Virus record (IMG/VR): IMGVR_UViG_3300018012_000099 | Strand: one strand, 5' to 3' | DNA: 64,000 nt | Source of the DNA: a virus | Lineage: Duplodnaviria; Caudoviricetes | Shown here: positions 46,350-57,200 of the stretch, piece after piece | Numbering within the stretch: position 1 is the first letter of the stretch | Layout of the letters: every line of letters begins with the position of its first letter | The notes under the pieces: model-generated | The model's database searches: none | The model's input: only the letters and a program-made list of their open reading frames with translations | Told to the model about the DNA's origin: nothing | Translations under genes and position numbers: made by a program

Positions 46350-49187
46350 ATGGCTGACATACCCGGAGCAACTAATGCATTACCAGGACCGTTTACGCTC
46401 GTCCAGACATCGTCTGCGGCTGTATCTATTCCGGGCGGTTCTCGTGTAACTGCCATGATCGGTCAAGGTCAGACTAATGAGACCGTTGTGGCTCAAGCTC
46501 AAGGTGGCGGAGTTGATGGTTTGAACGCAACCTATACCTCTACTAGCGGTGCAGACGGTAGACATTTTACACTGTTACAAGCTCCAATCATCTCTAACAG
46601 AACTACTCTATTTAAAAACGGTATCCCCCTCGTCGGTATGGAGTCTACTATCACTGCAACTACCACTTTCAGTGATGCTTTTGATTATCTTATCGATGTC
46701 ACTACGGGTCATATCCTATTACAATCTGCCCACTTAGTAGATCAAGGTGGCGCTTTCTATGTTCCTCTTTCTACTAACGTTGGTTTGGGTACTATCAATG
46801 CTCTGACTCTAGTGGATGTTAATGCTCCACCAGAAACTTGGACCGTGCGCTGTATATCCGTTCAAAGAAATTCTATGAATCAACCAATCGGTGGTACTGC
46901 TACATTTATTGCCGTAGGTTCTGTTTCCGGTGCGCAGGTAGATGCTAATGGTAATCCAATCGTTTGGATTGCTGACGGCTATGTTGTTAGCAATGGTATT
47001 TTGAGCTTCAGCATCATTGAAACTCAAGTACTAAGCGTATATGTTTCTCCATTCGTTCCAGGTGACGCTTTCACTATCGAAGTGGCTAGCGGCGTGTTGA
47101 TTAAAAATGATAGTTTAACTGCTACCTATATTCCAGTAGCTAATATTAATAATCCTATTTTAACTCAAGGTCAAAATCAGGTTATTGCTCAATTTGGCAA
47201 TCCGAGCTTAGATAATAGTTTGTCTTTGGGTGGTCAACTGTTCTACGCCAACGGCGCTTCTAGTCTTATCTGTTTACAGGCCGCACCACCGCTACCTCGA
47301 CGAACTTCTTTCATTCTCTCTCATTCGGTTAATTCTGCCTCCACTAATGATGATGATTTCGTTTTCCCGTTACCTGTGGGTGTGGTTCCGGCGTTCAATG
47401 ACGATATCCACTTTTTCATTACTAACAATACTAATCAAGTAGAAACTCAGATTCTACCTAACAAACAGACATATTATACTTTAGGTACAGCGGGTAATCC
47501 AACCTTAGATCAATTTATCAAGGATAACGTACCCGCTCCTGGTGGATTTTCCTACTTCTATACCGTTATTCAAAGTTTCGAAACCTTGGTAACTGGTTTT
47601 GATGGTTATATTGGTAGAACTGGACCACAAACTAATCAGGGAGTTTTCTCGTCTTCTGTTACTTTTGACTCTACCTACATTGGTAAAGAAATTAGAATCA
47701 TTGACGCGCAGAATGTAGCTAACATTAATGCCTCAGCTACTGGCGGAAATGATAATCCAACTTTCACCGTCACTGGTGTTTTTGATGGTCAATTGTACTT
47801 CATGGGCAGCGTACCATTCCCAGATTTAACCAACGTAGCCGGTACCGAAGCTTTTGAGCTGATCGATCCATCTACTGATACAGTGGTTCCAGGCAGCCAA
47901 GCAACCCAAGGAACTGTTGTAGAAAATGTAGGCACTGGAACTGGTACTATTACCGATGCTGTGGTTAATTTTAACAGCATATCTGCTTTCGTAGCAAATC
48001 CAACTCACTATAAAGTACAAATCAACGGAGATATTAATAACCAGGGTTTGTATGATATTACTGGTTATAGTTCTGTAGGCAATGGTGTCATTTCTATTGC
48101 CAAGGCTTTGGTTAACGAACATAATGTACGTTATGAAATTATTGATCCTACTTTGGTGAGTAACTATATCGTTATTAATCATAACGTGGTACCAAATGGT
48201 TTCGGTTTGAGAGTTACTCTCGTTGATAATCGTGATGCTACTTTCTATGATGCTGGGTGGCTTAATGCTCTTGCTGCTTTAGAAACAATAGAATGCGATA
48301 TCTTAGTTCCATTGCCAAATCAAACTATCAGCGTTATCTTCCAGAACTGTGTCAATCACTGCATCGCTATGAGCAACATCGTCAACAAGAAAGAACGTGT
48401 GTTGTTCATCGGAGCTATCAATGGTTTGACCCCAGCTAACGTAACTGGACAACAACTAGCTGCCGTTGAAGACCTAGGACCACTAGAGGGTATTCCGGGT
48501 AGCAACCCAAGCTTGATTCTACAAGCTAACCCACAAGACTTGGCAAACTACTCAGTATCTGCCGCTTACGGATACACTTTCCGTGTTGTCTACTTCTATC
48601 CTGACCAAATTGTGGTCGCTGCTGGAGGTAACAACATTTTGGTGGATGGATTCTATATCGCTGCTGCCGCCGCGGGTTACGAATCTGCTGACGTTATTCT
48701 CCAAAATCCTCTAACTAACAAAACCATTTCTGGGTTCACTATCTTGAATAACAAGAAGTTCTCTACCCTGGTACTAGAACAATTAGCTGCTGCCGGTATT
48801 ACCACCTTGCAGCCAGTTGCCGGAGGTGGGAATGTGGTCTGGGGTATCACCACCAGTCAGTCTGGATTCCCAGAAGAACAAGAAATTTCCATCGTTTTTA
48901 TCAGAGACCGCGTAGCGAAGGTTTTGAGAGCCGGATTCCAAGGTTTCATTGGCACTCCACAGGATGTCAATACTGCCGCTGTACTCAACACCGAAGCAGT
49001 AGTTCTGTTGAACTCTCTAGTAGGTCAAGGTTTGATTACCGCATACAAGGACCTGGCAGTATCACAAGATACCGTAGACCCACGTCAATGGAACATCTCG
49101 GTGAGCGTCAGCCCAGCTTATCCAATTAATTGGATCTTTATCAAGGTTAACATTACCAACCTTAATCTAGGTGGTTCTGGCGGTTAA
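46350..49187 (+). CDS. Contractile tail sheath protein with large insertion domains
   Basis: N-terminal LPGPFTLVQT and C-terminal EISIVFIRDRVAK...DPRQWNISVSVSPAYPINWIFI sheath signatures; followed by the tube gene. Confidence 0.88.
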   Translation: MADIPGATNALPGPFTLVQTSSAAVSIPGGSRVTAMIGQGQTNETVVAQAQGGGVDGLNATYTSTSGADGRHFTLLQAPIISNRTTLFKNGIPLVGMESTITATTTFSDAFDYLIDVTTGHILLQSAHLVDQGGAFYVPLSTNVGLGTINALTLVDVNAPPETWTVRCISVQRNSMNQPIGGTATFIAVGSVSGAQVDANGNPIVWIADGYVVSNGILSFSIIETQVLSVYVSPFVPGDAFTIEVASGVLIKNDSLTATYIPVANINNPILTQGQNQVIAQFGNPSLDNSLSLGGQLFYANGASSLICLQAAPPLPRRTSFILSHSVNSASTNDDDFVFPLPVGVVPAFNDDIHFFITNNTNQVETQILPNKQTYYTLGTAGNPTLDQFIKDNVPAPGGFSYFYTVIQSFETLVTGFDGYIGRTGPQTNQGVFSSSVTFDSTYIGKEIRIIDAQNVANINASATGGNDNPTFTVTGVFDGQLYFMGSVPFPDLTNVAGTEAFELIDPSTDTVVPGSQATQGTVVENVGTGTGTITDAVVNFNSISAFVANPTHYKVQINGDINNQGLYDITGYSSVGNGVISIAKALVNEHNVRYEIIDPTLVSNYIVINHNVVPNGFGLRVTLVDNRDATFYDAGWLNALAALETIECDILVPLPNQTISVIFQNCVNHCIAMSNIVNKKERVLFIGAINGLTPANVTGQQLAAVEDLGPLEGIPGSNPSLILQANPQDLANYSVSAAYGYTFRVVYFYPDQIVVAAGGNNILVDGFYIAAAAAGYESADVILQNPLTNKTISGFTILNNKKFSTLVLEQLAAAGITTLQPVAGGGNVVWGITTSQSGFPEEQEISIVFIRDRVAKVLRAGFQGFIGTPQDVNTAAVLNTEAVVLLNSLVGQGLITAYKDLAVSQDTVDPRQWNISVSVSPAYPINWIFIKVNITNLNLGGSGG

Positions 49188-49213
49188 CATATACTTAGGG
49201 AGTATAAAATAAT

Positions 49214-49885
49214 ATGGCTCAAGCACCCAATACAAATTCGACACTTTCTTTTCCGGGCGGTCAGAATAAGACCTCCACGGCTATATCTACTAACATTATC
49301 ATTACTGTTAGAAACTCTACGGGAGTAAATATTCCCGTGGGAGCCGTTCAATCTATGGCTATCTCTGAGAAAAGACCTATCAAGATGGTTGATGAAGTTG
49401 GAACCGATGGTCACATCGATTCTGTGCCAAATCAATCTACTAATATTACTGGTTCTTGTCAACGTGTACGTTTCGACCGATTGAGAGTGGCAGAAGCCTT
49501 CAGCCGTGGATTTGTTCACGTAGCTTCTCAAGCTTACCCTTTCGACATCGTAATTTTTGACAAGCAAAAGTTAGCACAAGGTTTACAGATTTCTACCGTT
49601 ATCAAGAACGTGTGGATTTCTGGTATTGATTATACTTATCAAGTTAGCGACTGGGTTATTACCGATACTATGACTTGGGAAGCGGAAACTATCTTCTCTA
49701 TTCTTAACAACGGATCTTCTACTCCAGTTGCTCAAGGTGGCGAACTTGGTATCCCATTCAGCAATATTCCAATCGAACGTCAGACAGACACCGGCACCAA
49801 CGGTCGTCGTGGTTCTTTGGATGCTCCGGGTCTCATAGATCTCGGATCTGCCGCATATACCCCTCCTGGAACTGCAATCTTCTAA
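49214..49885 (+). CDS. Tail tube protein
   Basis: Follows the sheath; VGAVQSMAISEKR...EVG and WISGIDY...EAE tube-like pattern. Confidence 0.8.
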   Translation: MAQAPNTNSTLSFPGGQNKTSTAISTNIIITVRNSTGVNIPVGAVQSMAISEKRPIKMVDEVGTDGHIDSVPNQSTNITGSCQRVRFDRLRVAEAFSRGFVHVASQAYPFDIVIFDKQKLAQGLQISTVIKNVWISGIDYTYQVSDWVITDTMTWEAETIFSILNNGSSTPVAQGGELGIPFSNIPIERQTDTGTNGRRGSLDAPGLIDLGSAAYTPPGTAIF

Positions 49886-49981
49886 TCTATATAATTAGAT
49901 CAATATACTCCCTAATATTGACTAACGATGTCTCCTATTGTGTTATATACAGTAGGAGATATTGCTTTTGTGGAGAAAATA

Positions 49982-50674
49982 ATGACCGGATATGATAGCC
50001 CCATCGGAAAAAAACAATTTCAAGGACAACCCTTTAAGGAAGTGACCATTCCAGATGAGAGTGTGCAATCACCTCAAAATCAATCGCCGCAAGGTGTGCG
50101 TCCACAACAACCATCACAGTATGCGTTTCAAATGGATGAAGCCGCTTTACGAGATTTCAATGCTCGTTATGGTCCTCCACAAGAACCTATGCCCACCAGA
50201 GAACAAGCTGATTTAGAGCAGCAATTTCGTGAGGCAAGAGAGGCTAAGAAACTAGGTCGTGAAAGGCTTAGCGAAGGCGCTAGACGTCGTATTGAAATGT
50301 TAGTAGGTATGACGAATCATACCCGCTCCTTTGAGGTCGGCAGTAATATTTATGTTTTGCGAACTCTAAGAGACAGGGAATTAAGAGATGCAATCATAGC
50401 TGCTACCGCTTTTGATGGAAGTGTCCAATCACCTTTCGAAATTAGAAAACAATTATTAGCGCGTTCTTTAGTGCAAATTGCGGGCATGGATGCCAATCAA
50501 TTTATGGGATCCTCAGCCGTAGAAGATAAATTAGCCGGCTTAGAAGAATTTGATCATTATCTATTGGGCAGATTATATGATGAATATCTATCGATGGTGA
50601 AAGAAGCCCAGGCTAAATATGCTGTCCAGACACAGGAGCAAGCCCAAGAGGTTGTTGAAGATCTAAAAAAATAA
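49982..50674 (+). CDS. Tail assembly chaperone (gpG-like)
   Basis: Between tube and tape measure; ATG at 49982 after GGAGA; ends in a slippery A AAA AAA immediately before TAA. Confidence 0.75.
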   Translation: MTGYDSPIGKKQFQGQPFKEVTIPDESVQSPQNQSPQGVRPQQPSQYAFQMDEAALRDFNARYGPPQEPMPTREQADLEQQFREAREAKKLGRERLSEGARRRIEMLVGMTNHTRSFEVGSNIYVLRTLRDRELRDAIIAATAFDGSVQSPFEIRKQLLARSLVQIAGMDANQFMGSSAVEDKLAGLEEFDHYLLGRLYDEYLSMVKEAQAKYAVQTQEQAQEVVEDLKK

Positions 50675-51045
50675 TACACGAACCGGAACATCGATTCACG
50701 TGGTATTTGTGTAAAGAAATATTTCATACCACACCCGATGATCCACGTATTACTGAGATGGACCCGGTTCAAAAACTTTGGATGTTTCATCAGTGGGTGG
50801 GAGATCAGTTGGATCGAGCAGAACTAGCTAAAAATCAGGCATATCTATTAGCCTCCTTTGATCATCCAGAAGAAGTTAAGAAATTGATGGGTGACGGTGA
50901 CGTTCACATATCTACCGATGAAGAGTTTGAAGAGTCAAGTCGTATGGTTAGGGAAGCTAATCTTCAAGCCCTTAATACAATAAATAACGGGGACAGAAAG
51001 AGTCGCAGAAAGAGACGCCTCACTTTACAACAAACTTCACAGTAA
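50665..51045 (+). CDS. -1 frameshift extension of the tail chaperone (gpGT-like)
   Basis: The -1 frame is open from the heptamer 50665-50671 (KKIIHEPEHRFTWYLCKEIF...); no RBS before the TTG at 50707. Confidence 0.75.
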   Translation, partial: KKIIHEPEHRFTWYLCKEIFHTTPDDPRITEMDPVQKLWMFHQWVGDQLDRAELAKNQAYLLASFDHPEEVKKLMGDGDVHISTDEEFEESSRMVREANLQALNTINNGDRKSRRKRRLTLQQTSQ

Positions 51046-51056
51046 CGAGATACTAA

Positions 51057-53303
51057 ATGGCTGACCCAACCACCCCTACCACCCCTACCACCCCTACCAC
51101 CCCACCAGATCCGGCTACAACAGCCGCCACTACTGCTGCTATTAATGAGCAAACGACGGCTGTGGGCAATTTGACATCAGCTACCAATACTCAGTCAGCT
51201 GCCTATCGTTCGCTAAATTCTGTTAGTGATTTGGTGCAATCGAGCATGGCTAATATTGAGTCAGTGGCTAATAGCGTAGGTGTTAGTATGGGTAACATAA
51301 CCAGCCTGACTAATGAACAAATAGAAAAGTTTGGATTACTTTCTGCCGCCTTTGTTAATGCTAGAGAAGCTTTTGTTAATTTTTCCAATGTCGATTATAG
51401 TGGTTTAACCACTTTTTCTGCTCAAATTAAACATATCGGAGATGCTCTAAGTAATGTTCCCGCCGAAAAAATGGCAGAATCTCTGGGATCATTGGGAAAC
51501 GTATTACTCAAATCCGGAGTGAGTCAGTCAACATGGACAGCTACCTTGGGTAAAGGCAAAGAAGCGGTTCTGGAACTGGCTACCAATGTCTTCAAGCATG
51601 CTGATAATATGTTGCGCGCTCAAACAGCTTATGTACAAATGGCTGCTAGAACAGGTCAACTGGGTGATGTCACTAAGGCTGCTGGCAAAGACTTTAAAGA
51701 TTTGGGTACTATTTTAGAATCTCAGCAAACTATGTTGAGAAATACCAGAGAAGCTACTGGTTTAACTGCCGATCAAACTGAAAGGTGGTATAATCAATTG
51801 GGGCTTATTCCCGGTGCTCTTAATTCTGTGGTAAATGTTTCCGAAAAAGATGGCAGAACCATGAGCATGTTAACGGCGGTTATTCAAACTGCGGTTGGAT
51901 CAGGTCGTGCTCAAGAAGATGTAATGAGAGATTTGAATATTGCCTTTAAGGATTATGGTTTGGTAGGCGAAAAAGCATTACAGTTTTCTGTGCGTATGAG
52001 TGACGTTTCTACTCGTCTAAAAGCTCCTATTGAGGATGTCACTACTGCTCTACGTGGTTCGGCAGATGCTTTCAAAATGTTTGCCACGGGTCAAGACGCC
52101 GCCTCTAAGGCTTCCGAAGGACTAGCCAATACACTCAATACATATGGTAAAGCCCTAGAATCTACTGGTCTAAGCGCCAGTGCTTCTGTAGAAATTGCTT
52201 CTCAGATGACTAATCAAGTAGGTAGACTTAGTATTGCACAACAAGCTTTCGTCTCTCAGCAAACTGGTGGTCCAGGTGGTTTAATGGGAGGTTACAGGAT
52301 TGAACAAAGGCTACAACAAGGTGATACTGCTGGTGTAGTTCAAGACGTGATGAAAACTTTAGAAAGACAGATGGGTAGATTGGTGTCGGTAGATGAAGCT
52401 GCTCGCAGTGAAGCTGCTGCCAGCCAATTAACTAAGCAAACAGCTATGTTACAAAGTCTATTAGGACCAATAGCCAAAGATAGACAGACGGCAGAGAAGC
52501 TTATTCAAGGAATGATTAACCAACAAAAAGGCGTTCCAGATGCTTTGGCAAACGCTTTAAAACCTACCGGTGTTCAAGACGCCGCCAAACAAGGCTTGGA
52601 TCTACAGCAAAAATCTTATAGCGAATTAACAATGATTAGCAATACCTTGGAACAAATCCGTGATTTAGGAGATACTGCCGCTGGTCGTGTAGTAGGTCGC
52701 ATGACTGCTGGTGGCGTTAATCAACCCACTACTGGGACTTCGGGCGTGTTATCTATGAATCTTGCCGATCGTGCTCGTGCTGCTAGAGAAACTGGCGGAG
52801 CGCAGGTTGCCGCCTTCACTAGAGGGATAGAAACTGGCAAAGTGAAAGAAACGGCTGGTTTGGATTACGGTGCCGCTTTACATACCACGCTTACTGGTAT
52901 TAAGGATATGCCAGTCGCATTGCGCTCTACTTTTGATACTATCAAGAGTGCCTTCTCTAGAGGTGACAAAGAGAGCGCGGACAAGCAAGAACAGATGTTA
53001 GCGGAGTTTGTGGCTGCCCGTAAAACGTTAGATACTGCTAAAAATATAGCTGGACCGGCATCTGGGACCGTTCTTCCGTCAGAACAAGTGGGCGCCGCGG
53101 CGCGCGCCTCAATTGCTGCTCGTCCTCCTGGTGCTACTACACCAGCTGGAACCACTACCAGTCAGGGACCGGGAGCTAATATCGCGGGCGTCCCACAAAC
53201 TATCAATATTGTAGGTAAATTTACTATCGATTGTCCTACTTGCGGTAGACCACATGATGTTACTGATAATGCAATGGTTACCCCAGCCCAATTCAACCGT
53301 TAA
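51057..53303 (+). CDS. Tape measure protein
   Basis: Ala/Thr/Gln-rich helical protein following the chaperones; N-terminal PTT repeats and C-terminal CPTCGRPH. Confidence 0.78.
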   Translation: MADPTTPTTPTTPTTPPDPATTAATTAAINEQTTAVGNLTSATNTQSAAYRSLNSVSDLVQSSMANIESVANSVGVSMGNITSLTNEQIEKFGLLSAAFVNAREAFVNFSNVDYSGLTTFSAQIKHIGDALSNVPAEKMAESLGSLGNVLLKSGVSQSTWTATLGKGKEAVLELATNVFKHADNMLRAQTAYVQMAARTGQLGDVTKAAGKDFKDLGTILESQQTMLRNTREATGLTADQTERWYNQLGLIPGALNSVVNVSEKDGRTMSMLTAVIQTAVGSGRAQEDVMRDLNIAFKDYGLVGEKALQFSVRMSDVSTRLKAPIEDVTTALRGSADAFKMFATGQDAASKASEGLANTLNTYGKALESTGLSASASVEIASQMTNQVGRLSIAQQAFVSQQTGGPGGLMGGYRIEQRLQQGDTAGVVQDVMKTLERQMGRLVSVDEAARSEAAASQLTKQTAMLQSLLGPIAKDRQTAEKLIQGMINQQKGVPDALANALKPTGVQDAAKQGLDLQQKSYSELTMISNTLEQIRDLGDTAAGRVVGRMTAGGVNQPTTGTSGVLSMNLADRARAARETGGAQVAAFTRGIETGKVKETAGLDYGAALHTTLTGIKDMPVALRSTFDTIKSAFSRGDKESADKQEQMLAEFVAARKTLDTAKNIAGPASGTVLPSEQVGAAARASIAARPPGATTPAGTTTSQGPGANIAGVPQTINIVGKFTIDCPTCGRPHDVTDNAMVTPAQFNR

Positions 53304-53315
53304 TAGAGAGTAGTT

Positions 53316-54215
53316 ATGGCTTTTTCCTTAGACAATATCATTTCTAGTATCAATAGTGCACAAAATACACTTAATCAAGCTACTAATCCGCTCAACGGCA
53401 GCTTATCTAATTCTCCAGGTTTTAACGCACCTCAGTTACCCGAAGCCAACGGTAATGGCTTACCTTATAGTAGGATTGCGAGTGGTAGTGACGGCGTTAT
53501 TCGTCGTAATATTATTTCTTGGTTTGTTCCTCAATTTGGCGTAGCCCAAATGTTCATTAACCCACAGAATATTAGCTACTCCAACAAAAAACTAATCACC
53601 AAAGAAAGAACCAAGGGTGGATTTACGCTGCAATACTGGGGAGAAGATTTAACTACTATTAATATTAATGGAACTACAGGTAGTTCTGGTATCGAAGGCA
53701 TTAATATGCTATATGAAATCTATCGTGCAGAACAATACGCTTTTGATGCGGTAGGTTTGACTTTGGCTGCCAATAATGCCTCAGCTGACGTAGCAACCAA
53801 TTTAGTTAATTCTTTAGGAGGAAACTTAGGTCAATTTACCAATAGTTTGTTGCCAACTAATGTGCAGGTAGGACCACAGACCGCGGCTGCCGAGGGGGCA
53901 GGACTACTGGGCGGTATATTGGGATTGGACTCACCTAATAATACATTATCGGCCAAAAATATTCCATCTTTGGCTCAGTTGGCCTTTACAGTGGAAATGT
54001 ATTACAACGGGTGGGTTTTTCGTGGATATTTTGATAGTATGACTTTTACCGAACGTGCCGACAACTTTTTAATTGACTATCAAATGGTTTTTATGGCTAC
54101 TCAAAGGAGAGGTTACCGTACCAATTATTTTCCATGGTCTCATGCTGCCAATACTGGCTACAGCACTTACAACACGCCCACTTCTTTCAATGGAAATATT
54201 ACTGGAGTCAGATGA
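53316..54215 (+). CDS. Baseplate tube-initiator-like protein
   Basis: FINPQNISYSNKKLITKERTKGG...YWGE...ININGTTG tube-fold pattern directly after the tape measure. Confidence 0.6.
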   Translation: MAFSLDNIISSINSAQNTLNQATNPLNGSLSNSPGFNAPQLPEANGNGLPYSRIASGSDGVIRRNIISWFVPQFGVAQMFINPQNISYSNKKLITKERTKGGFTLQYWGEDLTTININGTTGSSGIEGINMLYEIYRAEQYAFDAVGLTLAANNASADVATNLVNSLGGNLGQFTNSLLPTNVQVGPQTAAAEGAGLLGGILGLDSPNNTLSAKNIPSLAQLAFTVEMYYNGWVFRGYFDSMTFTERADNFLIDYQMVFMATQRRGYRTNYFPWSHAANTGYSTYNTPTSFNGNITGVR

Positions 54216-54256
54216 AAGTACATTTGAAATGTATTGGATAAGGATAGGAAAAAGTA

Positions 54257-57200
54257 ATGTCTTTTCTCGGGCAGCTTGCGGATCAAATTAGTAGCCAGTT
54301 TTCACTTGGTGAAAATAGTACACACACACTGGATGGTGTGATAGATGGAAGCAACACCAAGTATGGATCTCTTGGAGATTTTGCTAAAAACATAGATAAA
54401 TCGGCAGAAAGGCGCTATGTAGAAGAGGGATATCTCCGTCGAGATCCTTACAACACAGATCCGAAACAATTTGAAATTTTGATGCAAGAACCTAATGCCA
54501 CAGTGCTGGTTAAAAAGAGAATGTTCTCTTCCGTAGGTGATAATTTTCGTCCAGATTTTATGAATAATGACGAGAAACTGTATTATAAAGCAACTCGTAT
54601 TCTCTTTCAAAATAAATGCAATCAAATTGCTGCCCTGGAAAAATTATCCAAGATATCTCAAGTGACTAATGCTGTCGGAAGTGTTAGTGATCAACTTATT
54701 CCTATTATTGTCACACTAACCGATCAACTTAATTATGGTGGTCCTTTAACTAATGTACCATTTAGTTCTGGTTTGTTTGGCTCCCTCCCAGATTCCAATC
54801 CTTTTCAAACCAATCAAATAAGTCAATTCACTCAGGTTATCGATAAGTTGCGAAAAGTGTATGCTTTTAATGGCAGTGCTCAATATACTAGCTGGATTAC
54901 TGACCATATGGATTTATTTCAATCTACTCTAGGACAAGGAACTGGAGTTATTGAAATTACTAATTTCAGCAATTTGAGCACCACTACCACTCTTGAACTA
55001 GAATCAGGTGGTAGTTTTAGTCTAACTATTTCTGATCCGTATGAATCCATGTTGATTACTGATTATGACATTGAGATAGCTTTGAGTGATGCTACCAATA
55101 TGTTCTATAATCACAAGATTTTTCAATTCGGTACCCAAGCCGCTAATAATGTTATCCAAACTACTCAAGCCCAACTTAATGCGGCACGACAGGCCAGAAA
55201 CGCCAGCCCTCTTACTATAAAAGTAGATCCAAATACCTTACTTTATAAACGTGTACAGGTTATTGTCGATCGATTGGGAGAAGAGTTAATATTTGACTAT
55301 GATTCCACCAATTCTGGATTAGGTTTCAGTTTTCCAGGTCTTGGAGGTTCGGGTGATAGTGTGGCTGTGGCTCCCGAATACCTACAGGGCGGTGTTGTTC
55401 TAGGCTACGATGGTTTGTCTGTTTCAGCTCAAGGTAATCTGCCCGGTACTAATGTCAGGGCTTTAGTTCCGCAGTCGGAACTCTCTTTGTTTAAGGTATT
55501 GATTGCCGCTATCTATAATCAGTTGCAGATGAATGCCAATTCGCAAAATGCTTTTCAAACCGGTAACGCTGCCACTAACTACGCTAGAAGAAAGATGAGA
55601 TTTAACTATAGCGGTCAGTTGATTGTCCAGCCTATGGACGTCGTACATATCTATCTTTCTTCTAAGAGTAGATATGACAATAAGATTTTATCTGGGTTGA
55701 ATAACATGTTGTCGGGTGTGGGCATCCTACAAAATGTCAATAATACTTTAACTGATTTTACCAATGCTTTTTCTACTATCTTTCAGACTTCTGGTAATAT
55801 TCCGTTACAGTTGGAGAAGTCCACTTATGTAGGTCCTGATTTTCCTAATTTTTTGTGGAGCATGCTACGCACTCAATTTGTAACGGAGAAAGAGGGCTGC
55901 CACGTCTTCGCTGGTTTGGTGGATAATGCTACTGATAATTGGTCAGATGGTCATTTCACTATTGATGTTAGAGGTCGCGATCAATCTTTGTATTTTGAAC
56001 AAGGCAAGGTTAATTTTAAACCAGGAGCTGATGTATTTAATGGTGCTTGGTTTGATCCTATGACTCCATTCAAAAGTTCTTTCGACCAGATTTCGGCTGA
56101 TTATAAGATTAATACTCCGGAACTATTGGATGAGAATAAGGCTTTATTAGCGGACAACACAGCCAGAGTAACTATTAAAAAGAAGTTAGGTCCTTTCGCC
56201 GGAAGTATCACTACTGATTCTAATTTCATTGATGATAGAAGTGTAGATCCACTTACTGGATTGGTAACTAAAACCTTTTATGCTCCTGATGGTCTGGTTT
56301 ATATTTGGAGAGAGGGTATTGGAGTATTTACTCAAGCCGGATTATCCAGCAGTATTAATGATCCTAATAGAATAGGTAAGCCTAATATTTTCAAAGAACC
56401 TTTCGCTGGTCAAGATGTTATGAATGTTTTATCTCTTTTAATTACCGGCACACCATATAATTTTACTACGTTCTACCAAGGTGTATTAGGTGATGGTAAA
56501 TATGGTATCGATCCTCACAGTAATCAAAATGCTGCTTTTGCTTTTATTAATTCTTTGACCAACCAACTCACTAAAAATAATACACTTTGGGGTAATTTTA
56601 TTCCTTTCAAAAGCTTAACGATGGATGAACAAACCTATGCCAAAGCCCAATTTAATCAATTTAATATTACTCAACAGAATCAGATATTAGATCAACAAAT
56701 TAAACAATTACAAACGTTACAACAGCAAAGCCTGCTATTTAATGCTATCAAAGATTATGCTCCTAATCTAGCTACTACTGATCCTAATTTTATTGACGTT
56801 TCTACTCAAATTAGTGTTTTGACAGAAAATATTAACAATACAATTACCAGAATTAATAGCCAACAGAGTCAATTTTATCAACAGGCTGGTAATGATCCAT
56901 CATTCAATACCGGTAGTTTCATTAGTAATACGGACACTAATCAAGTAGCTGATCCACAACTTAGAAAACAGTTAAGGCGCCAAATAAACTATCTAACTAG
57001 ACGCATGTCATATGATGTTCGTGCTAATGAAGATAGGAACCTTTTTATTGTGGATGATTACTATGATAAAGATTACGATATTTTGGCTTTTGAACAATCC
57101 ATTAACAACAATCTAAAAATTTGGAATAACGAATTTACCTCTGTTAAAGAGAAGATTATCGCTGTTGCTAAATTACTTAATCTAGAAGTATTTTGTGATA

